A stretch of DNA of 61,342 nt, counting the filler, from Archaeoglobus sp. JdFR-37 (GTDB lineage Archaea; Halobacteriota; Archaeoglobi; Archaeoglobales; Archaeoglobaceae): the NCBI GenBank assembly GCA_002010215.1. It is 5 parts of 5 records of this genome, joined end to end, with 100 filler letters (N's around TTAATTAATTAA, not from the genome) between each part and the next. Parts side by side here need not be neighbours in the genome. Positions count along the whole stretch, not along the records: positions 27,124 to 40,008 come from MTMY01000006.1; positions 40,109 to 52,393 come from MTMY01000023.1; 3 more parts are not named here. One strand, 5' to 3'. Shown here one piece after another: positions 37,830-47,269 of this stretch. A model generated the notes under the pieces. That model was not told the DNA's origin. It saw only the letters and a list, made by a program, of their open reading frames with translations, and made no database searches. Position 1 is the stretch's first letter; each line of letters opens with the position of its first letter. The translations under genes were made by a program, and so were the position numbers.

Positions 37830-38537
37830 ATGCTGGAAGTTATACTCGTTGAGCTTAAAATACCGGAGAATGTAGGTTTCATTGCCAGAGTTATGAAAAA
37901 CTTTGGCTTCAAAAACCTCAGCCTTTACAGATGCAAGATTGATGAGAACAGCTATTTTACCGCTGCCCACGCTAAAGACGTTCTTGAGAATGCTAGAGTG
38001 ATTTATGATCTCGAAGAATATCTAAAACAATTCGATTTTGCTGTTGCTACAACTGGGGTGACCGCTGAGAGTCAGGAAAGATACTTGAGGCGTCCTATTT
38101 TTACTCCGGAGCAGCTAAGAGAATATGTGAGGGGGAGGACAGCCATCCTTTTTGGCAGGGAAGATTTTGGATTGCTGAATGAAGAACTGGAACTCTGCGA
38201 CGCTATAATAACCGTCCCCTCCAATCCCGAATATCCTGTAATGAACGTGAGTCATGCGGCAGCCATAATACTTTACGAGCTCAACAAGGGGAAATATGAA
38301 CCAGAACCCCTGGACATAGCTTCTAAAAGAGATGTTGAGATTCTCCTTCAGTCTTTGGAGACGCTTATGAGGAAAACGTGGTTCCCGGAACATAGAATAC
38401 GGAAAGGAATCGTCATGCTCAGGAGGGGTTTTGGCAGGAGCTCATTTACAAAGCATGAAATAAACATGCTTGTCGGCATCGTCAGGAAAACGTTATTATA
38501 CATGGAGCATATAAAAGAAAAGTATGGAAAGAGCTAA
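37830..38537 (+). CDS. trmJ: TrmJ-family SPOUT tRNA methyltransferase
   Basis: PENVGFIARVMKNFG, FGREDFGL, YPVMNVSHA. Confidence 0.85.
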   Translation: MLEVILVELKIPENVGFIARVMKNFGFKNLSLYRCKIDENSYFTAAHAKDVLENARVIYDLEEYLKQFDFAVATTGVTAESQERYLRRPIFTPEQLREYVRGRTAILFGREDFGLLNEELELCDAIITVPSNPEYPVMNVSHAAAIILYELNKGKYEPEPLDIASKRDVEILLQSLETLMRKTWFPEHRIRKGIVMLRRGFGRSSFTKHEINMLVGIVRKTLLYMEHIKEKYGKS

Positions 38538-39552
38538 CAGATGGGATAGATGGTTGCTCGTTCTCGTAATCTCTGTTCTTGCTATAGTTATTCTGACTCT
38601 CTACTTCTTCTCCCCCCTTATTGATGGCATCGTAATGGGCGTTGTTTTTGCTTATGTGGGCAAGCCCATTAAATCCAGAATGGAAAAATATGTAGGCAGT
38701 TTCATGTCTTCAGTCCTCTCCACTCTTCTAATAACGATTCCCCTATTCGTTTTCTTCTTCTATGGGTTATTTCAGGGCCTCAATCAGCTTGTGTTCATTC
38801 TGACCAATCAGGAGGCACTGCTCCAAGGAATTACTACGATCTTGAGAGATGCAGGGCTAGAGGAAAGATATATTATAGAGGTTGAGAGATTTATTCCCAC
38901 CTTTTACAGCATCGTTCAGGAGAACGTTAAGATCTCTGCCTTTGATGTCACCAAAAAGTTTGTGATGTTTGTTATGAATTTCATAATTTCTGCTATCGTC
39001 TGTTTTTACACACTTCAGGATGTAGACAGATTTATTTCGAAATTGCTCACTATAGTGCCTGATTCGAGGAGAGATGAGCTCAAGAAGTTCGTGGATGAGG
39101 TTGACAGAACTTTTGTAGGGCTTTGGTTCGGTAACTTCGTGGTTGCGATGCTTATTGGTATGGCCAGCATTCCATTCTTTCTGGCTTTCAGCATACCTTA
39201 CACACCTTTGCTGAGTGGTTTGATGTTTCTCGCCGCTTTGATTCCTGTTTTCGCTGAATGGATGGTTCTGGCTCCTGTAGCGATTTATCTTCTTTTCAGA
39301 AATCTAGTTCAGGCAATCTGGTTTACGATTCTGGGCGTCACTTTTTTGTATTTCATACCGGAGGTTATCCTGAGACCGCAGTTTGTAGGATATACTGCGA
39401 GAATCCATCCCTTGGTTTTGCTCCTAGCATTTCTTGGCGGGGCTCTAGTTGGAGGGGTTAGCGGGTTTTTCTTAGCACCAATGGTTGCAGGAGTGCTCAC
39501 GGCCACGTACAACTACTATACCTCAGAAACATCTGAGGTGAGTGAGGATTAA
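38524..39552 (+). CDS. AI-2E (UPF0118) family permease
   Basis: Multi-TM, LRPQFVG...IHPLVLLLAFLGG...GFFLAP. Confidence 0.85.
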   Translation: MERANRWDRWLLVLVISVLAIVILTLYFFSPLIDGIVMGVVFAYVGKPIKSRMEKYVGSFMSSVLSTLLITIPLFVFFFYGLFQGLNQLVFILTNQEALLQGITTILRDAGLEERYIIEVERFIPTFYSIVQENVKISAFDVTKKFVMFVMNFIISAIVCFYTLQDVDRFISKLLTIVPDSRRDELKKFVDEVDRTFVGLWFGNFVVAMLIGMASIPFFLAFSIPYTPLLSGLMFLAALIPVFAEWMVLAPVAIYLLFRNLVQAIWFTILGVTFLYFIPEVILRPQFVGYTARIHPLVLLLAFLGGALVGGVSGFFLAPMVAGVLTATYNYYTSETSEVSED

Positions 39553-39559
39553 CATCACA

Positions 39560-40008
39560 TCAAAGTTCATCCAGTTCCAGAAGCTTCATAGCTCTCTCTG
39601 GGTCATCTTGATACGTGTGTATAACCTTCGCAACATCTGTGAATTTCAGAATTCCTCTTTCTGACATTGTTTCAAGTATTATCCTCCTCCTATCCAGTTC
39701 TTCCATAAGTTCTCTCTGGGTCCACCCCCTCGACATTCTTATGCTCTCCAATGCCTTTGAACTTCCCACCATGGTGTGCTTGTCGTTTACTCCATCCCAA
39801 GTGAAGACGGTAGTAGTTTTCAGCATCTTTGTATGGGGATCGAGGCCGACGATTTCAGCAATCTCTATGTTTCTCCTTACTCTTTTATCGCCTACATAGG
39901 TCTGGGACTGAATACTAATTATATCCAGAGCCTCCAGCATAGCTCGAGGCACATTAATCGGCGGGTTCTCAAGCCTGTGTATCGCACCATTCACACTATC
40001 AGCATGCA
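39560..40008 (-). CDS. Type II/IV secretion (VirB11/FlaI-like) ATPase, C-terminal fragment
   Basis: HADSVNGAIHRLENPPINVP, RRNIEIAEI; truncated by the gap. Confidence 0.85.
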
Positions 40009-40108
40009 NNNNNNNNNNNNNNNNNNNNNNNNNNNNNNNNNNNNNNNNNNNNTTAATTAATTAANNNNNNNNNNNNNNNNNNNNNNNNNNNNNNNNNNNN
40101 NNNNNNNN
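40009..40108. other. Artificial contig spacer
   Basis: N run with TTAATTAATTAA. Confidence 0.98.
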
Positions 40109-40350
40109 TTAGATAATACTTAAATATTTTGTTCAAGTTAACAGTATTGTTCGATTTAGGAGATTTCTGCTATGAATGTCCCTTTGGTAGGTGTGGTTGT
40201 TGCTTTGAGATTTAAAGAAAAGAAGGTGTTGCAGAGGTTGGCTGAGAATTACGTTGGTAAGAACCCTAGTTAGTTAAAAATTGACATTGATAAAAAATGA
40301 TCTGGTACTTCATCCTTATTCTCTCTTTGTTCCCATTCAGCATCATTTGA

Positions 40351-41637
40351 TTATTCCGAAAACACTGTGTACCGCCCATAGGGCACGACCGCTACTTTTG
40401 CATTTGAACCATACTCATTCATGGCGTCATTGAAAGCGTCTTGCAGTGATGTATAGGCCGCAATCCCTACAGCTTTAGCATCATCTATATTCTTTTCCAG
40501 AGTTATAACCTTAACATTTCTAGTAAGCATGGTTCTATATAACGGGTACCAAATGCAGCCTGCCCACAGCTCTCTCTCGCGGTTAAAGAAAGCTCTTAAC
40601 ACTTTTTCGTGATTTTCGCTGGACGGGGGCATGAATTCTGTCATCAGATCCATTAATGCAAAACCCGGCCAAGAGCCGTACCCGGGACATGGACTTGCAT
40701 GAATTATTGTTCCTCCCTCTTTTACAATTGGAGCGCAATTGACTATCGCCCAGCACGTATGGAAGAACAGGTGATCTGTCGGTGCTGAAGTTCCTGTAAT
40801 CACAACATCTGCTTTTTCCAAGTTGCTGATGTCAAACTTATAGATGTTGTTGTAGAATTCCACTGCCTTTTTATGTGAAGCTACGGGGTCACCTGCATTT
40901 ACATATATTACCTCAGATCTGTTGCTTACGATAACATTAATACCCATGTCTATTTCTGCAAGCTCCAAAGCCTCATATTTGTCCTGCTGCATTTTACAAT
41001 CGTTGTTGCCCGGTTTGCAGTCGGGAGCCAATGCCATGATATGGTTTATTTCAATTGTTTCGTTTCCTGATACACCCGGAATCACCATTCCGGAGCCTCC
41101 ATAGCCCCAGAGGGTCGCCTGAGTTGTACTTATAGTTATTACCGAATCGGCGGTTGCAACCTCTTTTAAAATCCATACCGGAGTTCCGTGAGAGGTGGTG
41201 CCTATGTAAACGTAATTCTCAGGTTTGGTTACGTCGTTGCAGTAAACTGGAATTCCTTTTTCAACCACCTCCGCCCCAACACGCTTTTTAATTTCCTCTG
41301 GAGATGGTGGTGGTACCTTACCGTTTGCTATCACCACTGAAACTTCTGAACCCGCAGCCTGAGCCCGTTCAACAAGGATGGGCAGTATTTTCTCTGCTGG
41401 AGCTGCTCTAAACTGGTTTTCAACCACAAAAACTACTTTTTTACCCTTTCCTATTAACTCTGAAAAACTATTGCCACGGATAGGATTCTCTATGGCTTTC
41501 TCCACTTCTTTGCCCAAGTCTACTGGATCAGGCTCTTTTGGAACAAAATTACCCAATAGATTCTCTTCGCGTATCTCCAATTCAAGATACACTCCCCTCT
41601 CTTCTGGCGTTTCATAGGGGATTTTCACCTTAGGCAT
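40351..41637 (-). CDS. LarA (lactate racemase/nickel-pincer)-family protein with atypical active site
   Basis: AIENPI, YIGTTSHGTPVWI, ADSVI, GYGG..VIPGVSG.ETIEINH, GGTII.ASPC, VVPYG. Confidence 0.85.
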   Translation of the reverse strand: MPKVKIPYETPEERGVYLELEIREENLLGNFVPKEPDPVDLGKEVEKAIENPIRGNSFSELIGKGKKVVFVVENQFRAAPAEKILPILVERAQAAGSEVSVVIANGKVPPPSPEEIKKRVGAEVVEKGIPVYCNDVTKPENYVYIGTTSHGTPVWILKEVATADSVITISTTQATLWGYGGSGMVIPGVSGNETIEINHIMALAPDCKPGNNDCKMQQDKYEALELAEIDMGINVIVSNRSEVIYVNAGDPVASHKKAVEFYNNIYKFDISNLEKADVVITGTSAPTDHLFFHTCWAIVNCAPIVKEGGTIIHASPCPGYGSWPGFALMDLMTEFMPPSSENHEKVLRAFFNRERELWAGCIWYPLYRTMLTRNVKVITLEKNIDDAKAVGIAAYTSLQDAFNDAMNEYGSNAKVAVVPYGRYTVFSE

Positions 41638-41692
41638 ACCACATCACCTGGTTTCCTCAAAGTAAATATTATTTCTTATTATTTAACTATTA

Positions 41693-42583
41693 TTACTGGT
41701 GTTGCTCGGTAAAAAGAGTGGGAAGAACAGTTTCGACGAGGCCAGTTATTACCTCTTTTCCCGAAATAACTCCGGCAAGTTTCCCATTTTCTGCTACAAT
41801 AAGAACTTCAGAGTCTTCCCCAGAAAATATTTGAATGAGATCCCATATCGTCATACTGCTGTCCACCACTGACAGACTGGGATCAAATATCTCTTTTACC
41901 GAGCACGTTAACTCATCCTCAGCAATGGCTTTGGCGATGTGTTTCAGGGTTAAGATTCCCGCGGGTCTTCCTCTCTCGGTAACTATTGCACAGTAAATTC
42001 TTTGGCTTGAAAGAATATTGGCAGCATCTTTAATGGTCATATCCGATTCGATTAAAACGAAGGGATGCGTTAGAATTGCGACTTCTATATTTGGAATTGC
42101 AAGCAGCCTCTCAACGTCAATAACAACCTCTCTCCCGACAGTCTTTAGAATTTTTCCTTTGATCAATAACTGCTTCCAGTAAATAATTTCTATTATATCT
42201 CCTTCAGAAAGCGCTGTTTCCTGATAAACTGTGAGAATCGTCTTTTCACCGCTTGAATTACTGAGAGCTGTCAATTTTATTCTTTCTACACCTAAATTGC
42301 GAGGCTCACCATTTACAAAAATCTTAACAGCCTTTTCAGAAAGTGCATGATTTAAAAGAAATTCGTACGCTTTGAAGGTCGGTTTATAGCCTCCCTTTGG
42401 TCCTGGTACCCCTTCAATCAAACCAAGGGTTTTAAGGAGCTGCAGATGGGATCTTACAGTGCTAGGCGTTTTTTTAGCAACTTGTCCAATATCTTCACTT
42501 CGGACATAGTTGGATGTTTTGAGGTATATGTCAACAAGCGCCTGAAGAATTTTTAACTGTGTATGCGTGATTCTTAGATTCAT
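41693..42583 (-). CDS. HrcA-like wHTH plus CBS regulator (paralog of 18198-19064)
   Basis: TPSTVRSHLQLL...EGVPGPKGGY; start MNLRITHTQ. Confidence 0.85.
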   Translation of the reverse strand: MNLRITHTQLKILQALVDIYLKTSNYVRSEDIGQVAKKTPSTVRSHLQLLKTLGLIEGVPGPKGGYKPTFKAYEFLLNHALSEKAVKIFVNGEPRNLGVERIKLTALSNSSGEKTILTVYQETALSEGDIIEIIYWKQLLIKGKILKTVGREVVIDVERLLAIPNIEVAILTHPFVLIESDMTIKDAANILSSQRIYCAIVTERGRPAGILTLKHIAKAIAEDELTCSVKEIFDPSLSVVDSSMTIWDLIQIFSGEDSEVLIVAENGKLAGVISGKEVITGLVETVLPTLFTEQHQ

Positions 42584-42672
42584 ATATTCACACTCCCTAA
42601 CACCAGATAGGCTTCTGACCCTTTCCGACACTTTTAGATAAACGGAAGAAATGGTGGCTTGTCTGAAGGATT

Positions 42673-43458
42673 TCAACCGAAGTACGCAGACACTGTCCCC
42701 AGCCTGTCAAACTCAGCTTCTATAAAATCACCGGATTTAACATCCACCGCTGAGATTAACGATCCTGAAAGAACTATCTCTCCTGCCTTGAGTTTTACAC
42801 CATACTCCGCAAGTTTATTGGTAAGCCACGCAACGGCCTGAGCTGGATTTCCAAGAACTGCAGCTCCCGCACTTGTTGAAATAATTCTGCCATTCTTCTT
42901 AAACACCATTCCAATCAATCTCAAGTCTAAGTTTTCGACTGGCGTAATTCGACCTCCAAGAATGACCCGGCCTATTGATGCATTATCTGCAACTGTATCC
43001 TGTATTTTAATCTTCCAATCTCTCACTCTACTGTCAATCACCTCTATAGCTGGCATTACACCTTCTGTAGCCTTCAGCACTTCTCCCACAGTAACTCCTG
43101 GGCCTTCAAGACTTTCTTTCAAAATGAATGCGATTTCCGCTTCAACTCTTGGCTGTATCAGATTTGATGTGTCAATAAAATCGCCTTCAAAACGCATCAT
43201 CACATCCATTATATGCCCATAGTCTGGCTCATACACTCCCAGCAATTCCTGCATTTGCTTGCTTGTAAGGCCTATTTTCTTACCGACTATTTTTTCGCCC
43301 CGCTCTTCCTTAATTTTTACAACTTTAAGCTGAATTTTGTATGCATCGTCAGTAGTTATTTCCGGATATCTTTCGGTTATCGGTTCGACCGGTTTCCTTT
43401 CCTCCTCAGCTTTAATCAATTCTCCGGCCAGCTCTTCAATTATTCTTTCATCCAACAT
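42673..43458 (-). CDS. mhpD: 2-oxopent-4-enoate hydratase (MhpD/4-oxalocrotonate decarboxylase family)
   Basis: AYKIQ, GKKIGLTS, EPDYG, PRVEAEIAF, EVIDSR, DTVADNAS, GNPAQAVAWL. Confidence 0.85.
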   Translation of the reverse strand: MLDERIIEELAGELIKAEEERKPVEPITERYPEITTDDAYKIQLKVVKIKEERGEKIVGKKIGLTSKQMQELLGVYEPDYGHIMDVMMRFEGDFIDTSNLIQPRVEAEIAFILKESLEGPGVTVGEVLKATEGVMPAIEVIDSRVRDWKIKIQDTVADNASIGRVILGGRITPVENLDLRLIGMVFKKNGRIISTSAGAAVLGNPAQAVAWLTNKLAEYGVKLKAGEIVLSGSLISAVDVKSGDFIEAEFDRLGTVSAYFG

Positions 43459-44347
43459 GATTCATACCTCCATGCTCAGAAATGTACTTATTTTTGAGGG
43501 TTCTCACAATCTCCTCAGCCAACTCATACTTATCCAATCCTTTACTTAATCCTTCAATGAGAGTCTCCATACACAACCTTACCTCATCGTTCGGTCCGGG
43601 AAGGGATACTATTAAGGATAACCCAACGCTCCCCACCCCTATTTTTACCCCATCTTTTTCATGCCTGCCGGTGCCCCTGTGAAACTTCATGATATACGGC
43701 GTTGCAGCATCAGGATCAATCTTTTTCAGGGCCTCGATTGTTCGGTCTTTAGCCTCAGCTCCCACACCACCGGTTGTTATAATCAATCCGTATCCATTGT
43801 CTACGGCATTCATGATGGCTGACGCAATGAGATCTGTATCGTCTGGGAGAACAGAACCTATATCCACACTGAATCCCTCTTTGTTCAGCCTATCTCTTAT
43901 GTATGGGGAATTTGTGTCCTTAACTACCCCTCTCCGTACTTCCTCGCCCGTAGGGAATACAATACACCTCTTAGATATTTTTTCTAACAAATTCTCTACA
44001 ATCTCCTTTGTTTTGGTTAACACCTCTTGAGCAACAGCATAATCCAGCTCTATAAAACCCAGAACACCTTCGGAATGGATTGTTGTTTCTTCGGTAACTT
44101 TAACTCCATGAATGTTCTTTAATTTATCCAGTAACTCTTTTTTCTTTCCGTATATATTCTCAGCTTCCAATGTATTTCTCAGAATATCAACCACTACGTA
44201 ATCCTCGCCTGCATCTGTAACTAGCACCTCCTCTCTTCCAAGCTTCAGGGTTTCAGAAACGGCTCTTGCAATCTCGCTCAAATCTACATCATTAAGGAAG
44301 ATATTTTTGATCCACAGCTCTGTTTTGCCAAGCAGATTTACCTCCAT
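43448..44347 (-). CDS. Molybdopterin-binding (MoaB/Mog/MoeA-like) domain protein with extra N-terminal domain
   Basis: PTGEEV, DTNSPY, ITTGGVG...DRT, SLPGP. Confidence 0.75.
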   Translation of the reverse strand: MEVNLLGKTELWIKNIFLNDVDLSEIARAVSETLKLGREEVLVTDAGEDYVVVDILRNTLEAENIYGKKKELLDKLKNIHGVKVTEETTIHSEGVLGFIELDYAVAQEVLTKTKEIVENLLEKISKRCIVFPTGEEVRRGVVKDTNSPYIRDRLNKEGFSVDIGSVLPDDTDLIASAIMNAVDNGYGLIITTGGVGAEAKDRTIEALKKIDPDAATPYIMKFHRGTGRHEKDGVKIGVGSVGLSLIVSLPGPNDEVRLCMETLIEGLSKGLDKYELAEEIVRTLKNKYISEHGGMNHVG

Positions 44348-44363
44348 ATTTCCACCTACACCC

Positions 44364-45203
44364 TTACGCTACATCCAAACTAATGTCCAACATTGGAGCA
44401 TCAATTATGGCTCTACCAATATCCAGAATATCCACATCCAGAGTCAGAAACTTAGGTATATCTTCCAAGCTAACAGATCCTCCGAACGCCAGCTCTACTG
44501 AGTTTCTAATTCCTTCTTCCACCAATTTTTCTGCCACAAGTTTGAGATCCTCTATTTTTCCTGTATCCACCATAATTATGCCTGCTCCTCTATACGCTGC
44601 CTCTAAAGCCTCTCTCCAGATCAGATCGGTTTCTCCTTTGAGCTGGATGACCTTAATCCTGTCTTCAAATATTTTTGCAGCTTCCAGCGCTTTTTTTATG
44701 CTTCCAAACATCCTGATGTAGTTTTTATCCAAATAAATGAAAGGATGATCTGAGATCCGTATGCTTGCACCCCCTATTTCGATGGCTTCTCTGATCTCTT
44801 TTTTTATTTCGTAAGGCATCTTTTTCCAAGCTCCAGATACAATGCGAATCTTCCCTTCAGACAGTTTAACCGCTTTTCTGGCAGCGGTAGCGATTCCGGA
44901 TGTTTTGGATATGAGGCCAATAAGAATGTCTTCAGCAATTGAAATTTGCTTGGGTGTTCCGGTTATTGTTGCTATCGTGTCACCGCAGTTCACCTCATCG
45001 CCATCTTTGACTTTCACATCTATCGATAACCCCAGCTCTGTGGCTTTTGAAGCCATACGGCCTATTCCAGCAACAACTCCCTTCTGGGTGCTCCAGATCT
45101 TGGCCTCAACCTTTTTATTTGAGATGTCTCTGAAAATCAGATCTCTCAGATCGGTTGTGTTGATTGGGTGTTTAATGGGCTTCAGCACCAGCGTACCCCT
45201 CAA
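44364..45203 (-). CDS. Divergent quinolinate phosphoribosyltransferase (NadC/ModD-like)
   Basis: GVVAG, KDGDEV, SGIATAA, IMVDT, FGGSV type II PRTase architecture. Confidence 0.75.
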   Translation of the reverse strand: MRGTLVLKPIKHPINTTDLRDLIFRDISNKKVEAKIWSTQKGVVAGIGRMASKATELGLSIDVKVKDGDEVNCGDTIATITGTPKQISIAEDILIGLISKTSGIATAARKAVKLSEGKIRIVSGAWKKMPYEIKKEIREAIEIGGASIRISDHPFIYLDKNYIRMFGSIKKALEAAKIFEDRIKVIQLKGETDLIWREALEAAYRGAGIIMVDTGKIEDLKLVAEKLVEEGIRNSVELAFGGSVSLEDIPKFLTLDVDILDIGRAIIDAPMLDISLDVA

Positions 45204-46650
45204 GTTTTATCCCCCTCTGTCTGCACCACTTCGGAAGAAGCTTTTGCTCAACTTCTCTATCAACATCGGGAGCCTTCTCAACTAGCTCCTCTGCAAGGGA
45301 TTCGCTTACATTTATTGCCCCGGGAGCTCCATCGAAAATGATTATCTTATCTGTATCAGCTATTTTCATTGCAAACTCGATTGCTGTTGGCAAGTCGTCT
45401 GCCACCACTGCATGCTTCATGAACTCAACGTTTTGCGGGTCTCTCCTGAACACTTCTGCCTGCCATTCTCCCACAACAATCGTCGGGATCATTTTAGCCC
45501 AGAAGACGCTCGGATATCCTCCCCAGGCATAATTAATTACCATTGCTTTGATGGCCGGGTTTACTGGTGGAATGTCTGGAATCAGTGGTCTATCACCTTC
45601 ACCATAGAAAGCCTCGGTATACCATGTGTAACCGGGTAGTGGATAATCAAGGTCGAATACATCTATACTCGCAGCAGAGAAGTTGGCGAATATCATTCCA
45701 GCCGAGAAAACATATGGAATTGGCGCCTGGAAGTCCAAGACTGCAATACACTCATCGATGTGGCTGAGTAAGGTCAGAATTTTTCCATAATACCTGAAAT
45801 TATCAATGGACAACCGTTCATCTAAAGCGAAAAGGTCGTTATCAGCATCAACACTTGCAATTCCGGCGGGTGTTGGCTTGAGGAATGTCGCAAAAGTCCA
45901 CTTCTTCTGAACGAACTCAGAGTTAAAGATGGCTCTAGCTACGAAATTAGCGCCTCTAGGCCCTAAATTTTGATGATAAGTTGACCTCGTTTCGATTCTG
46001 GCATAAGACATGCCAAACGGTTTAACGGCCCTGTCAACATGTCTGTGGAAATGAATCTCCCTCACATCACTGTTATGTGCGTGCACTATCCAGTCAGCAT
46101 CGTAACATCTCTTTATGCCATATAGCGTTCCAATCTCCGTCTCTATTGGAATTCCCTCATCAATTGGTGCCACACCTATTGCCCTTTTATTGAAATATTC
46201 GTCCAAACCAAATCTCTTTATGTACTCGTCAGACTCCCTGAATCTCAGTCCGACACCTACCCTGAGGCGGATGTTTTCTGTGCCGGTCTTTTCCATGATG
46301 ACGTCCTTGATCGTCTTTAGCATTTCTGCATACGGTTCTCCTCCGAGTATTGTGAATCCGTGATGGGAGCCAAGTACATTTACGGAATCTCCGGGCTTGA
46401 TCATGCTCATATCTACTTTTTCAAGTGCTGCTACAGTTGCATCCCGTACGGCTTTGATGCCCTTTTCGCTCGGATAGATGTTCTCCGGTATATCTGGAAA
46501 CAACTCCCTCACATTTACCGAAACGATATTTTCTAGGTCACAACCCCTAGTTTTGATATACTCTGGATCAGGCCCATATCTTGATGGCTTGGGTGGGAGG
46601 GGCTTCACAGGCTGATTAAACTTGATATTTCTTGTAATCATTTCATTCAC
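45172..46650 (-). CDS. Distant LarA/DUF362-like protein
   Basis: IKPGDSVNVLGSHHG, ADWIVHAH, H200-x9-K210-x15-H226 spacing. Confidence 0.6.
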   Translation of the reverse strand: MNEMITRNIKFNQPVKPLPPKPSRYGPDPEYIKTRGCDLENIVSVNVRELFPDIPENIYPSEKGIKAVRDATVAALEKVDMSMIKPGDSVNVLGSHHGFTILGGEPYAEMLKTIKDVIMEKTGTENIRLRVGVGLRFRESDEYIKRFGLDEYFNKRAIGVAPIDEGIPIETEIGTLYGIKRCYDADWIVHAHNSDVREIHFHRHVDRAVKPFGMSYARIETRSTYHQNLGPRGANFVARAIFNSEFVQKKWTFATFLKPTPAGIASVDADNDLFALDERLSIDNFRYYGKILTLLSHIDECIAVLDFQAPIPYVFSAGMIFANFSAASIDVFDLDYPLPGYTWYTEAFYGEGDRPLIPDIPPVNPAIKAMVINYAWGGYPSVFWAKMIPTIVVGEWQAEVFRRDPQNVEFMKHAVVADDLPTAIEFAMKIADTDKIIIFDGAPGAINVSESLAEELVEKAPDVDREVEQKLLPKWCRQRGIKLEGYAGAEAH

Positions 46651-47269
46651 CTCCAGCTTTTACAGTATCCAAAAGCTTCTTGAACAAGGCTCTATCCTCC
46701 TCAAAATAAAATCCTCTGGCTGAGTACTTTTTTATCACGTCTTCTGGAATGTCCCATATAGTAGGTGTGATACCATACCACTGCCACCCACCCTCTATTG
46801 GCTTGGGTTCTATCCCGGCAGCCTTCAAGAGTCTGAGAATGGGCTGTATACATTCTACTTTGCAGCCTGTTCTAACACCGGTCATTCTTGAAATTTCTTC
46901 AGGAGATGATGCTCCCATCAGAATTGCCGCTGCCACCTCCTCAGCTCTTGTTCCTGTGCAGTAGCATATTATCTGTTCTGGATGCAACCTTGCTTTAATG
47001 CAGAGTTCAGAAACTTTCTCTTCATCCACTGAATGTGGATTGACGCTTATAATTCTGGATTCATCCAGAGTTTTCAGCACAACTGCTTCGAACTGACATC
47101 TTTCTACACAGGCACCACAGCCAACACATGTATTCAAATCAACAACTGCAAGCTTCTCCTTCTTCTCACCCACTACTTTTATTGATATGGTGGGGCACAC
47201 TTTCTCACAAACTCTACACCCCGTACACTTCTCGGGGTCAACTTCTGCGTACATATTCACAACTCTCAT
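46643..47269 (-). CDS. Ferredoxin: 2x[4Fe-4S] plus BFD-like [2Fe-2S] domain
   Basis: CTGCRVCEKVCP, CVGCGACVERC, ICYC...TGCKVEC. Confidence 0.85.
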   Translation of the reverse strand: MRVVNMYAEVDPEKCTGCRVCEKVCPTISIKVVGEKKEKLAVVDLNTCVGCGACVERCQFEAVVLKTLDESRIISVNPHSVDEEKVSELCIKARLHPEQIICYCTGTRAEEVAAAILMGASSPEEISRMTGVRTGCKVECIQPILRLLKAAGIEPKPIEGGWQWYGITPTIWDIPEDVIKKYSARGFYFEEDRALFKKLLDTVKAGGE

